Shown here: one piece after another, positions 33,904 to 44,143 of the stretch
How the letters are laid out: every line of letters starts with the position of its first letter
How positions within the stretch are numbered: the stretch's first letter is position 1
Assembly (NCBI GenBank): GCA_029260875.1
Contig: JAJDCL010000028.1
Span: forward strand, 1,161 to 65,160
Origin: Candidatus Saccharimonadota bacterium
Lineage (GTDB): Bacteria; Patescibacteriota; Saccharimonadia; Saccharimonadales; OFTM59
Direction: 5' to 3'
DNA length: 64,000 nucleotides
Translations under genes and position numbers: made by a program
The notes under the pieces: generated by a model
What the model was told of the DNA's origin: nothing
The model's input: only the letters and a program-made list of their open reading frames with translations
Database searches by the model: none

Positions 33904-35042
33904 TTTGAGTTTTCTAATATTAGCTGCGCCAAGTCCCGCGCTGCATCTGGTTTTGCAAGCTCTGCAATCGCACGAGAAAGGTTTTGTCTGTGCTGGCTGT
34001 TCTCTAAAAGATCTTCTAGCTTCTCTGCTAAAATATTTGGCTCTTTAAGCAAGGTCTCTTCCTGAAGTACAACTGCAGCGTTTTTGTCTTTCATTACCTG
34101 TGCGTTCTTAAGCTGGTGCCCGCCACTCAAGAATGGGCTTGGAATAAGTATGGTTGGTTTCGCTTGGATGCTAAGCCCGGCAATCGTAGTAGCGCTCGCT
34201 CGTGCGATAACAACATCAGCTGCCGCTGAAGCAATATGAAATTTTTCAATAAATGACTTAACAATCAGGCGAAGATTCTGGTAATTGCCGTGAACTTTTT
34301 GGTTAGCATGACCGACTTGGTGTATAACCACTAGGTCTGTGTTTTTATCTAAAATGCCTGGTAGTATTGCTCCCATAATCGTGTTGATCCGTTGCGACCC
34401 TAAACTACCTCCAGTTACCAGGACAACGCGTGCATCTGCGGGTATTTTCAATGTATTCTTAGCTTTGAGTTGGTCTTTCTTGGTCACAAACCTAAAATCG
34501 TCACTTATAGGTATGCCAGTAAATCTGGTCTTGGCTTTTTTGTATGGGTAGAACTCTACTGGCATGCCAGTGGCGTGCATCTTCGCCCACCGACCGATAA
34601 TACGATTCGCTAAGCCCGGCATGGTATCCGAATCGTGCGTTATATAAGGGATACGCAATATGGCAGCAGCCAGACCTATTGGTACGCCCACAAATCCGCC
34701 TTTTATAAATATGGCATTCGGACGATTGGATATGAGCAGCCAAACGGCTTGCATAAATCCCAATAGAACCAGAAAACCATCTCGCAGATTAAGTAGGTTA
34801 GTCTTTACGTCTACGAGTCTTCGTAGCCATGACTCGCCGTGATAACGACGGAATTTACCAGCAAAGATATACCGGGAGCCGTTGATGTCTGCGTGATTTT
34901 CTGTAAGATGCCTAAACCGTCCACTTTTTTCTCCGACGTAGACTAGTTTTACATTAGGGTGAAGCTGTTTTAGTTCATGGGCGACGGCTAACAGTGGCGT
35001 AATGTGTCCGCCTGTTCCCCCGCCGGTCAGCAGGATCGTCAT
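33900..35042 (-). CDS. murG: Lipid II synthase MurG (UDP-GlcNAc transferase)
   Basis: 380 aa with ILLTGGGTGGHITPLLAV and VTGGSLGSQRIN. Confidence 0.9.
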   Translation of the reverse strand: MTILLTGGGTGGHITPLLAVAHELKQLHPNVKLVYVGEKSGRFRHLTENHADINGSRYIFAGKFRRYHGESWLRRLVDVKTNLLNLRDGFLVLLGFMQAVWLLISNRPNAIFIKGGFVGVPIGLAAAILRIPYITHDSDTMPGLANRIIGRWAKMHATGMPVEFYPYKKAKTRFTGIPISDDFRFVTKKDQLKAKNTLKIPADARVVLVTGGSLGSQRINTIMGAILPGILDKNTDLVVIHQVGHANQKVHGNYQNLRLIVKSFIEKFHIASAAADVVIARASATTIAGLSIQAKPTILIPSPFLSGGHQLKNAQVMKDKNAAVVLQEETLLKEPNILAEKLEDLLENSQHRQNLSRAIAELAKPDAARDLAQLILENSK

Positions 35043-36216
35043 AGCGCTTTCCCTCCGTTAATGCCATGCTATTTACACCATAAGTAGTGTAACGCGAAGC
35101 GTTGAATACCAAGCCAATTGCTGCTGTTACAAATATAATACTCGTACCGCCGTAGCTCACAAATGGCAGGGTTATGCCTTTTAAGGGCAGCAGACCGATC
35201 ATAGCGCCAATATTAATTAGCGCTTGCGTGCTGAGCCAGGCTAGAATACCCGTGACAAGTAACCTGGTCCTGGTGTCGGGTGCTTTTTCGATAATTGCTT
35301 TCAGCCGCGAGAATAACGCAATAAATAGTCCAATGAGCACACTTGTACCCAAAAAGCCTGACATCTCAGCAAAAATAGCGAATATTGAGTCGTTGGCAGA
35401 TTCGGGGAGGTACCCGTATGCCTGTACGCTACCGCCGATCCCCTTCCCAAATAATCCGCCTGACCCTACAGCACTAAGCGCCTGGCACGCTTGGTACCCA
35501 ACGTTTTGACAATCCTGCTCCGGGTTCATAAATATTGCCAGACGTTCGCGTCTGTAAGGACTACTGGCGATCGCTAAAAAAGTGCCAAGAGCAATTATGG
35601 CAGCGAACATTAGCACCTTCTTCATCGGCAACCCAGCCACAAAAGCCATACTTCCCATCATCGCTACTATAACACCGGCAGAGCCCAGGTCACTTTGCAC
35701 CACAGCAACAACAAAACTACAAATCCCAACAGCAATTAACATAGGCTTAATCGTTTTCGCCTGGCTCCCTAACTCACCTTCTTTATGTCTTTGTGTTAAA
35801 AAACTAGCCATCCATATTAGCAGAGCAAATTTTATGAGCTCCACAGCCTGGAAAGATATGCCCCCAATTTGCAGCCATCGCGACGCTCCGTTAACTTCTT
35901 GGCCAAATAATTGGACTAGCACAGATGCGACGACGGCCAGGACTATAAGTGGCTTCTGTATTGTTCTCAGCGATTTCAATGGAAGCTGGGCGGTAATAAA
36001 AAACGCCACCAGGCCAAGAGCAACAGCTATTATTTGTTTGCTTGCATAATAGTTAGCCTCCACACCTTTTTGAGCACTTAGCCCTGGGCTAATAGCGTAG
36101 ACTACAATCAACCCTATACTAAGCAAAACAAGGCTTAAAAGAACCAGGATGTAATCCGGGCGGTGCCTTCTTTGCATAGGCTGATCTATTAGAACTGAAC
36201 GCCGTTTTGTGTTCAT
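34975..36216 (-). CDS. ftsW: FtsW/RodA-family (SEDS) peptidoglycan polymerase
   Basis: 413 aa and multi-TM, with LPLKGITLPFVSYGGTSI. Its 3' end overlaps the murG start by 68 nt. Confidence 0.9.
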   Translation of the reverse strand: MNTKRRSVLIDQPMQRRHRPDYILVLLSLVLLSIGLIVVYAISPGLSAQKGVEANYYASKQIIAVALGLVAFFITAQLPLKSLRTIQKPLIVLAVVASVLVQLFGQEVNGASRWLQIGGISFQAVELIKFALLIWMASFLTQRHKEGELGSQAKTIKPMLIAVGICSFVVAVVQSDLGSAGVIVAMMGSMAFVAGLPMKKVLMFAAIIALGTFLAIASSPYRRERLAIFMNPEQDCQNVGYQACQALSAVGSGGLFGKGIGGSVQAYGYLPESANDSIFAIFAEMSGFLGTSVLIGLFIALFSRLKAIIEKAPDTRTRLLVTGILAWLSTQALINIGAMIGLLPLKGITLPFVSYGGTSIIFVTAAIGLVFNASRYTTYGVNSMALTEGKRYDDPADRRGNRRTHYATVSRRP

Positions 36217-37256
36217 ATATTACCCTCTAATAAATAGAGTATTATCCCTAGTACTGCGGTAACTTGACCTATCACCCAGAAACGCATTGTAACCTTGGTT
36301 TCAGGCCATCCGATGGCTTCGAAATGATGGTGAATCGGAGAAGACTTAAAAACTTTTTTGCCGTGTCGTAGTTTTTTAGAAAGGCGGTTTATGATAACTG
36401 AGCCGGTTTCTGCGACATACACAAAGCCGATTACCGGCAGCACATAAATTGTATCTGTTTGCATGGCGATAATGCCCAGCGCAGTCCCAAGTGCAAACGC
36501 TCCGACATCGCCCATAAAGAACCTCGCCGGGTAAATGTTAAACCAAGTGTAGCTTAAGAGTGCGCCCACAATCGTTAGGCAAAATCCAGCAAGCGCAAAC
36601 TGGCCTTGGCTAAAACAAATAACCGCATAGGCTGTAAATGACGACACAAGCAGCCCACCCGCCAATCCGTCAAGGCCGTCAGTAATATTAACGGCGTTGG
36701 CGGTTGCAATGACCACCAGCCAAAACAAAGCTATCACTAAGATACCAATACTAAGTTCATCAAAGCCAGGTATATGTATGCTTGAAACTTCTAGTTTAGA
36801 ATAAAACCACCAGCCTCCGGCAATCGCCACCAAACTATGGAGTCCGAACTTAATTTTAGCGCGCATACCTGCCAGCCGGTTATTGTGTCCGCGAATATTA
36901 ATCCAGTCGTCTATAAAGCCGATCGTCCCGGACCCTATCATGCCAGCCAAAGGGAGCCACGTTTCTCCCCTATCCAGGTTGGCGAGTAGCGTAACCAAAC
37001 CAACAGACACAACGAACACAATCCCAGCCATAGTCGGGATATTTCGCTTATGTTTTTCGGCGTGGAGTTTATTATAAATAGCTGCTATCCCGCCAGACCA
37101 AGCATCAGTTCTTTGCCGCTTCCACCACTGATAGCGATAGGCCATAGTCGTATAAATGGGCGTAAGTAGCATGCTAAGAGAAAAGCCAAAAAACGCCAAC
37201 AGCAGTATATGTATAACACTGCTTGCTTCAAGTACAAATGTGAATGTTTCGGGCAT
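36213..37256 (-). CDS. mraY: Phospho-N-acetylmuramoyl-pentapeptide transferase
   Basis: 347 aa with NAVNITDGLDGLAGG, FMGDVGAFALG and PIHHHFE. Confidence 0.95.
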   Translation of the reverse strand: MPETFTFVLEASSVIHILLLAFFGFSLSMLLTPIYTTMAYRYQWWKRQRTDAWSGGIAAIYNKLHAEKHKRNIPTMAGIVFVVSVGLVTLLANLDRGETWLPLAGMIGSGTIGFIDDWINIRGHNNRLAGMRAKIKFGLHSLVAIAGGWWFYSKLEVSSIHIPGFDELSIGILVIALFWLVVIATANAVNITDGLDGLAGGLLVSSFTAYAVICFSQGQFALAGFCLTIVGALLSYTWFNIYPARFFMGDVGAFALGTALGIIAMQTDTIYVLPVIGFVYVAETGSVIINRLSKKLRHGKKVFKSSPIHHHFEAIGWPETKVTMRFWVIGQVTAVLGIILYLLEGNI

Positions 37257-37278
37257 AATACGTCCTTATTATTATAGC

Positions 37279-39051
37279 TTACTTCTTAGGTGTTACGCCA
37301 AAATTGTCAATCAAGGTATTAACTATACTGACGAAAATAGGCCCGGCAGCCTTAGTCCCAGCATATCCAGCTATCTTTGGTTCATCGACTCGCACAACTA
37401 TTACGTATTCCACCTCATTGCCACCAACAAACCCCATAAACAGACCGTTATAGCGATCTGTGTAGTAGCCACCCTCCGGGTTAGCTATTTCTGCAGTTCC
37501 GGTCTTGCCACCAATAGAAAATTCATTACGCAATTTTGGCATTCCGCCGTATGCTCTGTAATTCTTACTAAACGCATACTCCATTATCTCCTTTAAGTCC
37601 TTGCTCGCCTTTGAGCTTACTACGTTAGGCGACACAACCTCCGGTTTCTTAACGGTTTCGCGCCCGTCTGCAGCAATTGTTCTTTCCACTAAATGCGGAC
37701 GATAGTAAGTCCCACCGTTCACTACGCTGCTAATGGCTGCTGCCATTTGTAGAGGGGTAGCTGTCATCCCCTGCCCAAATGCACTGTTGGCAAACCGGAT
37801 GTTCAATCCATAACCCTCGCTCGGATCAGGTATTGTGCCCGCCCCTTCATAGCCCTGCTCAACACCTGTAGGCTTGCCTAGACGGTAGTGATTAACCATG
37901 TAATCGTGCCAGGCCGTTCGAGCTTGTTCATTTATTTCCCCGCCCCCCATTTGCATAAGCAACCAAGTAGCACCGGTATTTAAGGACAACTGTAAAATGT
38001 CATTTAGGGAACGCTGGCCCGAACCGCCCGACTCTTCTACATTAGTAATTGTTGCGCCGTCTATTTTGAAATAGCCTTGGTCATGGAATGAAGAGTTACG
38101 ATTAACTACGCCCTGATCAAGCGCAGCAGCCATTGTTAGCGGTTTCATAACAGAACCGACTTCTAGGGGCGAGCTAACAATTTTGTTTTCAAAAACACTT
38201 ATGTCTTTGCTCTCAACCCTAAAAAATTCTGCCGGGTTATAGGTTGGGTAGTTGGCTACCGCTTTTATCCCGCCGGTTCGGGCGTCCATAATTATTGCGC
38301 CACCTGAGTTTGATTTTGCATGTTCAACACCTTGTTTAAGTATATCCTCAAGCTGTTGCTGCATACCCAAATCTATGGTCAAAACAATTCCCTCGCCATG
38401 CTCCGGTTCTTTTAAAATATTTTCATCATTAGCAGCGAGCGGCACGCCCCTAGCATCAGTTATGGCTTTTAGCTGACCGTTTTGACCCTTCAATTTGTCA
38501 TTCAGTGCCTGTTCAAGACCATACCTACCCTGACCCTCATCATCAACAAAACCCAGCAGCTGCGCAGCTAAAGTACCTTGGGGATATGTCCGCTGTGGTG
38601 CTTCAGCAGTAATCACGCCGGGTATTTCTAGTCGGGAAACATCCTCTTTTTGCTGTCTTGATAATTTTTTGGCCAAAATCGAGTAGCGTGTATCAAGCTT
38701 CATCTTTGTTTCATATTCACCAGCATCACCCCCTATTGTCTCGCGGATTAGCCGTGCTGCTTTGGCTGGGTCTTTGATCATTTTCGGGTCGGCAACAAGT
38801 GTATAACGCATCTCGTTAAGCACTATTGGCACCCTCTCCTTTCCGTTTTGGACTTCAATTATGCCTCGCTCGGCGGGTATCTCGTATTGCTTAAGCTGGG
38901 AAGTTAAGGCTGCCGACTTATAGTAGTCGTGTCTAATAACCTGCAGGTAAAACAAACGCACAACAAAAACTGAGCAAACAAAAAGCAGCAAAAAGTACCA
39001 TATGCGAATGCGCTGTACAGGGGTAAATAACAATTTATCTGGTGGCTGCAT
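37279..39051 (-). CDS. ftsI: Class B penicillin-binding protein (FtsI-type transpeptidase)
   Basis: 590 aa with an N-terminal TM, SVMKP (SxxK) and a KTGTA motif near the C-terminus. Confidence 0.9.
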   Translation of the reverse strand: MQPPDKLLFTPVQRIRIWYFLLLFVCSVFVVRLFYLQVIRHDYYKSAALTSQLKQYEIPAERGIIEVQNGKERVPIVLNEMRYTLVADPKMIKDPAKAARLIRETIGGDAGEYETKMKLDTRYSILAKKLSRQQKEDVSRLEIPGVITAEAPQRTYPQGTLAAQLLGFVDDEGQGRYGLEQALNDKLKGQNGQLKAITDARGVPLAANDENILKEPEHGEGIVLTIDLGMQQQLEDILKQGVEHAKSNSGGAIIMDARTGGIKAVANYPTYNPAEFFRVESKDISVFENKIVSSPLEVGSVMKPLTMAAALDQGVVNRNSSFHDQGYFKIDGATITNVEESGGSGQRSLNDILQLSLNTGATWLLMQMGGGEINEQARTAWHDYMVNHYRLGKPTGVEQGYEGAGTIPDPSEGYGLNIRFANSAFGQGMTATPLQMAAAISSVVNGGTYYRPHLVERTIAADGRETVKKPEVVSPNVVSSKASKDLKEIMEYAFSKNYRAYGGMPKLRNEFSIGGKTGTAEIANPEGGYYTDRYNGLFMGFVGGNEVEYVIVVRVDEPKIAGYAGTKAAGPIFVSIVNTLIDNFGVTPKK

Positions 39052-39080
39052 ATAACCCTTGGCCTGCCTTCTGATAAAAC

Positions 39081-39428
39081 TTACTGGTTAATAGTTCCGC
39101 TTGGTGTAATGCTAGCAAGTTGTTTGGCCACATCACTATTTCTGACTCGCTCAAGAGCCTGCAAGCGAGCCGAAGCAACCTGCAGCTCATCGTGTTCTGT
39201 TCTTAGGCTTGTGCGCTCTTGTTCTAGTTCGCTAATCTGATAGCCCAAAGCGTTTGTTTTCGTGACCTGTGTTAAGTACAAAAGCCCCAGAAAGCACGCC
39301 AGGACTATTAGCATTATAGTATTGCTGACCGGTCCGAGTGTTTTTTCCTTAACCCTAAAACTCGTTGAGTTTTGGTTGCGAGCCGCAAATCGCTGGCGAC
39401 CCATTGCTAGTGAATTTGAATATGTCAT
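39081..39428 (-). CDS. FtsL-like small bitopic division protein
   Basis: 115 aa with one TM (IMLIVLACFLGLLYL) followed by a coiled coil. It lies between rsmH and ftsI. Confidence 0.55.
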   Translation of the reverse strand: MTYSNSLAMGRQRFAARNQNSTSFRVKEKTLGPVSNTIMLIVLACFLGLLYLTQVTKTNALGYQISELEQERTSLRTEHDELQVASARLQALERVRNSDVAKQLASITPSGTINQ

Positions 39429-39566
39429 TTTTTCTACTTTTTTGTTTGTTTTTTTGTTTGTTTGTCTGCGCCTCGATTTGAATACGAGGCACAGACACCA
39501 ATGCCTACTGCATCACTTTGACGCGAACTTTGTAGGCTCTGGAGAGGCTTTTTACCTGAATGGGCA

Positions 39567-40553
39567 TTAGTCTCTCCTTTCTTTTTGGTTATTTATTTTT
39601 GCGGCGGCCCGTAGTTTTGCACTACGCGCTCGCGGATTAGAAACAACTTCTTCATCGTTGCCCGTGACCGGGTGCTTGGTCAGCAATTCTAGCTGGGCAT
39701 CATAGCGATTTCCGCTGACTTCAAGCAAGGCTTGCTTGACGATACGGTCTTCCAAACTATGAAAACTGATTACCGCTAATCTGCCGCCAACCTCGAGTAA
39801 GTCAATCCAGATCGGCATAGCTAGCTTAAGCTGTTCAAGCTCGCTATTAACAGCTATGCGCAACGCTTGAAAGGTGCGTGTCGCTGGATGAATTTTACCG
39901 CCTCTAGGTTGAACCGAGGCAACGATGTGTGCAAGTTGTCCTGTGGTAGCAACTGGCCGATTGGCTACAATAGCCCTGGCGATAGCTCTGGCTCGGCGCT
40001 CCTCTCCGTAGCTACGGATCAGTTCAGCTAACTGCGCCTCGTCATAGCTATTAACTATGGTTTCGGCATTTAGATCCTGTCTTTGATCCATGCGCATATC
40101 CAGAGGCCCATCAAGGTTGATGCTAAAACCACGGCTTGCTGTGTTAAGGTGCGGTGACGATACGCCTATATCCGCCAAAATAAGGTTGAACCTTTTACCA
40201 GACGCTGCCAGCTCTTGGCTAGCTGTTAGAAAATCCTTATGAATTATCTCTACCGGCTGGCCTTTGAACGCTTTGCCCAAATAGTTGATCGCGTTCTGAT
40301 CGCGGTCAACAAGCACTGCTTGATCTGGTTGTAAGGTTCGCTCCAATATACCTTTTGCATGTCCGCCATAGCCAGCTGTCAGGTCGAGGTACGAATCCCC
40401 TTCCCTTGGAGCTAAATAGGACAGAACTGCGTCCAGTAATACTGGGATGTGGTCACCCCGCGCAATATTTTTTGCGGAGGTTACGTGTTTATTTTTTTGG
40501 TTTTGGTGCATTCGCTTGCTTTTTGTTTTTATTGTTTGTTTTTGCAAGGTCAC
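39567..40553 (-). CDS. rsmH: 16S rRNA (cytosine1402-N4)-methyltransferase RsmH/MraW
   Basis: It carries HIPVLLDAV...DLTAGYGGHA...DIGVSSPHL...FHSLEDRIVK. The start could be the GTG at 40553 or the ATG at 40511. Confidence 0.9.
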   Translation of the reverse strand: MTLQKQTIKTKSKRMHQNQKNKHVTSAKNIARGDHIPVLLDAVLSYLAPREGDSYLDLTAGYGGHAKGILERTLQPDQAVLVDRDQNAINYLGKAFKGQPVEIIHKDFLTASQELAASGKRFNLILADIGVSSPHLNTASRGFSINLDGPLDMRMDQRQDLNAETIVNSYDEAQLAELIRSYGEERRARAIARAIVANRPVATTGQLAHIVASVQPRGGKIHPATRTFQALRIAVNSELEQLKLAMPIWIDLLEVGGRLAVISFHSLEDRIVKQALLEVSGNRYDAQLELLTKHPVTGNDEEVVSNPRARSAKLRAAAKINNQKERRD

Positions 40554-40921
40554 CTAATCAGCAGTCAACTATTTGTTTTTTTGGAGTTTTTGTTTTTATA
40601 AGAACAGGCCGTATGTGCGGAAGGTTAAATGAGAGATTTGAAAAATCTTCGAACTTCCTACTTCCTGTTCTAAAGTTTTGAGAGACTTATGTGTGAGGTG
40701 GAGTTTTGGGAGGTGTTTTAGTGTAAAGAGCATAGGTTTTTAAAGTGGTTGCCTAGATTCCACTTGTTGACTGCCGAATAGCTAACCTCGGATAACGGAG
40801 ACAAACCTACGGTTTTTCTTATCACTCATGGTTTGAAATGAATTCAATTTCTAACTGTTCTTTTCCCTTACCCAGACTTCTGTGTGGTAAGTTATTCGGA
40901 CTCGGACTAATTGTTAAGGAG

Positions 40922-41293
40922 CTAGCTATCTTGGCCTGGTGCCATTAGACGGAAATACCTGCCAACACTGATTGCTACAACATCCCGGTCAATCCCGGCG
41001 TAGTCCAGTTGGTGTTGGTCGAGTGTTATTCTGCCCTGCTTGCCGTCAAGCGCTGCCTCCGTTTTGCCCATACGGAATCGCACATTCAGATCAGCAGTGC
41101 GTTCGTCCAGGATGTCCCCTTCCAGTCGCGGCTCAACCATGTTGTCCCAAACATCCTTTGGGTAAAGGTGTAGGTATTTGCCGAAACCACGTGTTACGAC
41201 TGCCCCGCTTGCAAACTTGTCCCTAAGTTCGGTTGGCATTGTGAGCCTCCGTTTGGTGTCAAGTTTGCGTTGAAAGTAGTCGACTGTGGCCAT
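40922..41293 (-). CDS. mraZ: Transcriptional regulator MraZ
   Basis: 123 aa with two half-domains carrying KLDTKRRLTMP and LDGKQGRITL (DxxxR-type MraZ motifs). Confidence 0.85.
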   Translation of the reverse strand: MATVDYFQRKLDTKRRLTMPTELRDKFASGAVVTRGFGKYLHLYPKDVWDNMVEPRLEGDILDERTADLNVRFRMGKTEAALDGKQGRITLDQHQLDYAGIDRDVVAISVGRYFRLMAPGQDS

Positions 41294-41453
41294 CCCTTTG
41301 ATAGTTAATTTGCCAGTGGTTTTTATTTTTCCCTTACTTTTTCGTGTTCAGTGCAACCAAAATCCCGGCTGTACTGACTAGAAATCGTTAGGGGCCATTT
41401 CTCAGGTAATCTATTTTGCACTACCTGTAAATATCCACTGACACCAGTCTACT

Positions 41454-41490
41454 ACCCACACTCACCCACTTGCAAGCACTTTTAACCCAC
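41454..41490 (-). promoter_or_regulatory. Three direct GTGGGT boxes upstream of mraZ (putative MraZ operator)
   Basis: The + strand has ACCCAC at 41454-41459, 41464-41469 and 41485-41490, with spacings of 10 and 21 nt. They lie 160-200 nt upstream of the mraZ start. Confidence 0.5.
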
Positions 41491-41531
41491 AATTTACATA
41501 AAAGCACTGGATTATCCACAGTTTTGCCAAA

Positions 41532-41561
41532 TAAAAAAATCCACCACAACATGTGGTGGAT
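41532..41561 (-). terminator. Intrinsic terminator after the LysM gene
   Basis: ATCCACCACA-ACA-TGTGGTGGAT is a 10-bp perfect stem at 41539-41561. On the minus strand it is followed by a T-run (the + strand A-run at 41533-41539). Confidence 0.7.
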
Positions 41562-41587
41562 AAAGAGCTAGCAGTAACGCTAGATTA

Positions 41588-42019
41588 TTATTGGGGTGGC
41601 AGATAAATCTTGTCACCCGGGTGCAAACCAGGCCGATCATCTTCTCCCGCCTGCGTGATAATATTATCAACTAATGGCCTAATTTCGGCGCCTGGGGGTA
41701 GGTGCTCACGAGCAATGTCCCACGCTGTGTCTCCCGGCTGCACGATATGGATCAATGCCCAGTCAGGGGTGTGCTCTCCTGTACCGCCCCGATCGCCTGC
41801 AATAGGGGCTGTGCTAGATTGCGCTTCGCTGTTTTGACTAAAGCCCACTCCGCCCGCGGCCACCAAAACAACTCCCCCGATTAATCTTTTGGCACGAGTT
41901 GTTAGCTTAAGCCTGGGTGCTTCATTTGTCCCGTTTCTACCAGGACCAGGTATCTCAAAAGGCGTAATCCACCCCCCTCTCGAGCTGGATCTTCCGTAAG
42001 TGTGATTTAAATAATTCAT
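41588..42019 (-). CDS. Secreted or membrane-anchored LysM-like domain protein
   Basis: 143 aa with a TM/signal segment (LIGGVVLVAAGGVGF). The C-terminal IVQPGDTAWDIAREHL...LHPGDKIYLP resembles a LysM motif. Confidence 0.55.
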   Translation of the reverse strand: MNYLNHTYGRSSSRGGWITPFEIPGPGRNGTNEAPRLKLTTRAKRLIGGVVLVAAGGVGFSQNSEAQSSTAPIAGDRGGTGEHTPDWALIHIVQPGDTAWDIAREHLPPGAEIRPLVDNIITQAGEDDRPGLHPGDKIYLPPQ

Positions 42020-42064
42020 TGTTAATGATTATAGCAAGCTTTAGCAGTTTTGTCAACCACCACT

Positions 42065-43360
42065 TTATAGCTGTTTTATGCGGTCAGCGAACCATTTGGC
42101 GCTGGGGCGGATCGTCCGTTTCATGCCGTTTTTACGGTCAACCTCTACTAAACCAAATTTTGGCCACCAACCATAGGCCCACTCAAAATTATCTAATAGG
42201 CTCCAATGGAAGTACCCGCGCAGGTCCACTCCTTCGCTTATAGCCCGCTCCATTGCAACTATGGTTTCCTCAATCCACCAGCGCCGATACTTATCGTCCG
42301 TGTCTGCTAGTCCATTTTCAGTTATAAATATTGGGCGCTTATAATGCGACCAAATCCTAAGCAGCAAAGGATAGATCCCTTCTGGCTCTAGGTACCAGCC
42401 CAAATCGTTGAGTGGTACTTTGGGGTTTTCTGGTTTTATGGCGTGCTCAAAACGATAGTAGTCGGTATGGTAATAATTAAAACCTATAAAATCTTGCTGC
42501 TTTCGGGTGCGTCGCAAAAACCACCAGTTCCAAAAGTAACGCATCCATTTAGTGATCATGCCGTCCAGCATATTGTGTGGTCGCTTTGCCTGTATGTTAG
42601 CCATTTGTGCTGCCATACCAACCTGGATATTTGGGTAGATTGACTTGATAATCTTATATGCTCTGCGGTGAGCCCTGGTTAGGTTCCAAAAAACCCTTAC
42701 AAATTTAATAGGGTCTTGTTCGCCTGGTGGATGTTCGCCTATAAGATAGCCAAATGATGCATACACATTTGGCTCATTAATTGTAATAACATAAGAAATT
42801 TCCCCCAGGAGCTCTTCCGTGATCTTAGCGATATACCTGTCCCAGTATTTGAGGTTAGCGCTTTTTTCAAAACCCCCCTTCTCTGCAAACCATACAGGTA
42901 TAGTAAAGTGCCACAAATTAATAAATGGCTCTATTTGTCGCTTTCTGAGCTCGCTTATGTATTGTTTATAGTGGGCCAGGGCCTCTTCATTCCACTTACC
43001 CTCCTCTGGTTCCAGCCTTGACCACTCAACGCCAAAACGAAAGGCGTTCATATTCAAACTTGTAAGTAAACTGAAGTCTTCTTTATAATTCTTGTAGTGC
43101 TCAACTCCGTTACCAGACACATAATTATTTGGGTCCTGGATTATGTCACGATGCGTGTGCCAGATAGGCAACTGGCTAAGCGTAAAGCTTCGGCTGGCCA
43201 TGGGGTATTTGTGCGCAGCAGTTTTAGCCAGTTCGGTTGCGTTCTCTAATTCCCATACAGTCCACTGGTTATGATTACCGCCTTCAACTTGGTGGCTAGC
43301 CGTGCTTGCTCCCCAGAAAAAGTTCTGAGGAAAAATCTTTGTGTCTTGGTTTTCATTCAT
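42065..43360 (-). CDS. Glycoside hydrolase family 1 beta-glucosidase
   Basis: 431 aa with the acid/base motif ITINEPNVY and the nucleophile motif FITENGLAD. Confidence 0.9.
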   Translation of the reverse strand: MNENQDTKIFPQNFFWGASTASHQVEGGNHNQWTVWELENATELAKTAAHKYPMASRSFTLSQLPIWHTHRDIIQDPNNYVSGNGVEHYKNYKEDFSLLTSLNMNAFRFGVEWSRLEPEEGKWNEEALAHYKQYISELRKRQIEPFINLWHFTIPVWFAEKGGFEKSANLKYWDRYIAKITEELLGEISYVITINEPNVYASFGYLIGEHPPGEQDPIKFVRVFWNLTRAHRRAYKIIKSIYPNIQVGMAAQMANIQAKRPHNMLDGMITKWMRYFWNWWFLRRTRKQQDFIGFNYYHTDYYRFEHAIKPENPKVPLNDLGWYLEPEGIYPLLLRIWSHYKRPIFITENGLADTDDKYRRWWIEETIVAMERAISEGVDLRGYFHWSLLDNFEWAYGWWPKFGLVEVDRKNGMKRTIRPSAKWFADRIKQL

Positions 43361-43390
43361 ATTGGGTGAATTATAGCAGGCACCAGTACA

Positions 43391-44143
43391 TCATCTATAC
43401 TCAGGGTTTTCAAAGTCAAACCTTGCACCTGCGTCCCACTTGCTGCGTTGGTTCCCATAAGCTGGGATGCCGCCATTATCTTTGAGCATTTTGGCTAAAT
43501 GCATTAGGTTCCAGGTCATAAAAGTTGTGTTGCGGTTTACAAAATCATTGTCCAGCCCGACTCGTTTACCATCTACTTCGTCTCCGTAGCTGGCGCCCGG
43601 CCCTGCCTCGCCAATCCACCCGGCATCAGCCTGAGGCGGAATCGTATAACCAATATGTCCTAGGCTATATAGAACGTTCATAGCACAGTGCTTCACGCCG
43701 TCTTCATTACCAGTAATCAAGCAACCACCAACCTTGCCGTAATCAGCGTATTGTCCTTGCTCGTTTAGAATGTGAGAATTAGCATACAGTCGCTCAATAA
43801 TTTGTTTCATCACCGAGCTGTTGTCGCCCAGCCAGATCGGCCCGGCTAATACTACAATATCCGCCGCCTGCACTTTTTTATAAAACTTCGGCCAATCATC
43901 CTCGTTCCAGCCGTGCTTCGTCATGTCTGGGTAAACTCCGGTTGCGATTTTGTGGTCAATTGGCCTAATCAGCTCCGTCTCTACCCCATGCTTGTCCATT
44001 ATATTGCGGGAGGCATTTATTAGCAGCTCCGTATGGCTTCTTTCAGGAGATCTCTTAAGTGTGCAGTTAAAAAATAGTGCTTTTAGGTTCGTAAAATCGT
44101 TATCAATCATATCCGTCCTCCTGTTAGAAGTTCCGCTAACCAC
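43391..44143 (-). CDS. Flavodoxin-fold NAD(P)H-dependent FMN reductase family protein
   Basis: It carries KALFFNCTLKRSPERSHTELL...ADIVVLAGPIWLG. The likely start is MIDNDF at 44110. Confidence 0.7.
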   Translation of the reverse strand: MVSGTSNRRTDMIDNDFTNLKALFFNCTLKRSPERSHTELLINASRNIMDKHGVETELIRPIDHKIATGVYPDMTKHGWNEDDWPKFYKKVQAADIVVLAGPIWLGDNSSVMKQIIERLYANSHILNEQGQYADYGKVGGCLITGNEDGVKHCAMNVLYSLGHIGYTIPPQADAGWIGEAGPGASYGDEVDGKRVGLDNDFVNRNTTFMTWNLMHLAKMLKDNGGIPAYGNQRSKWDAGARFDFENPEYR

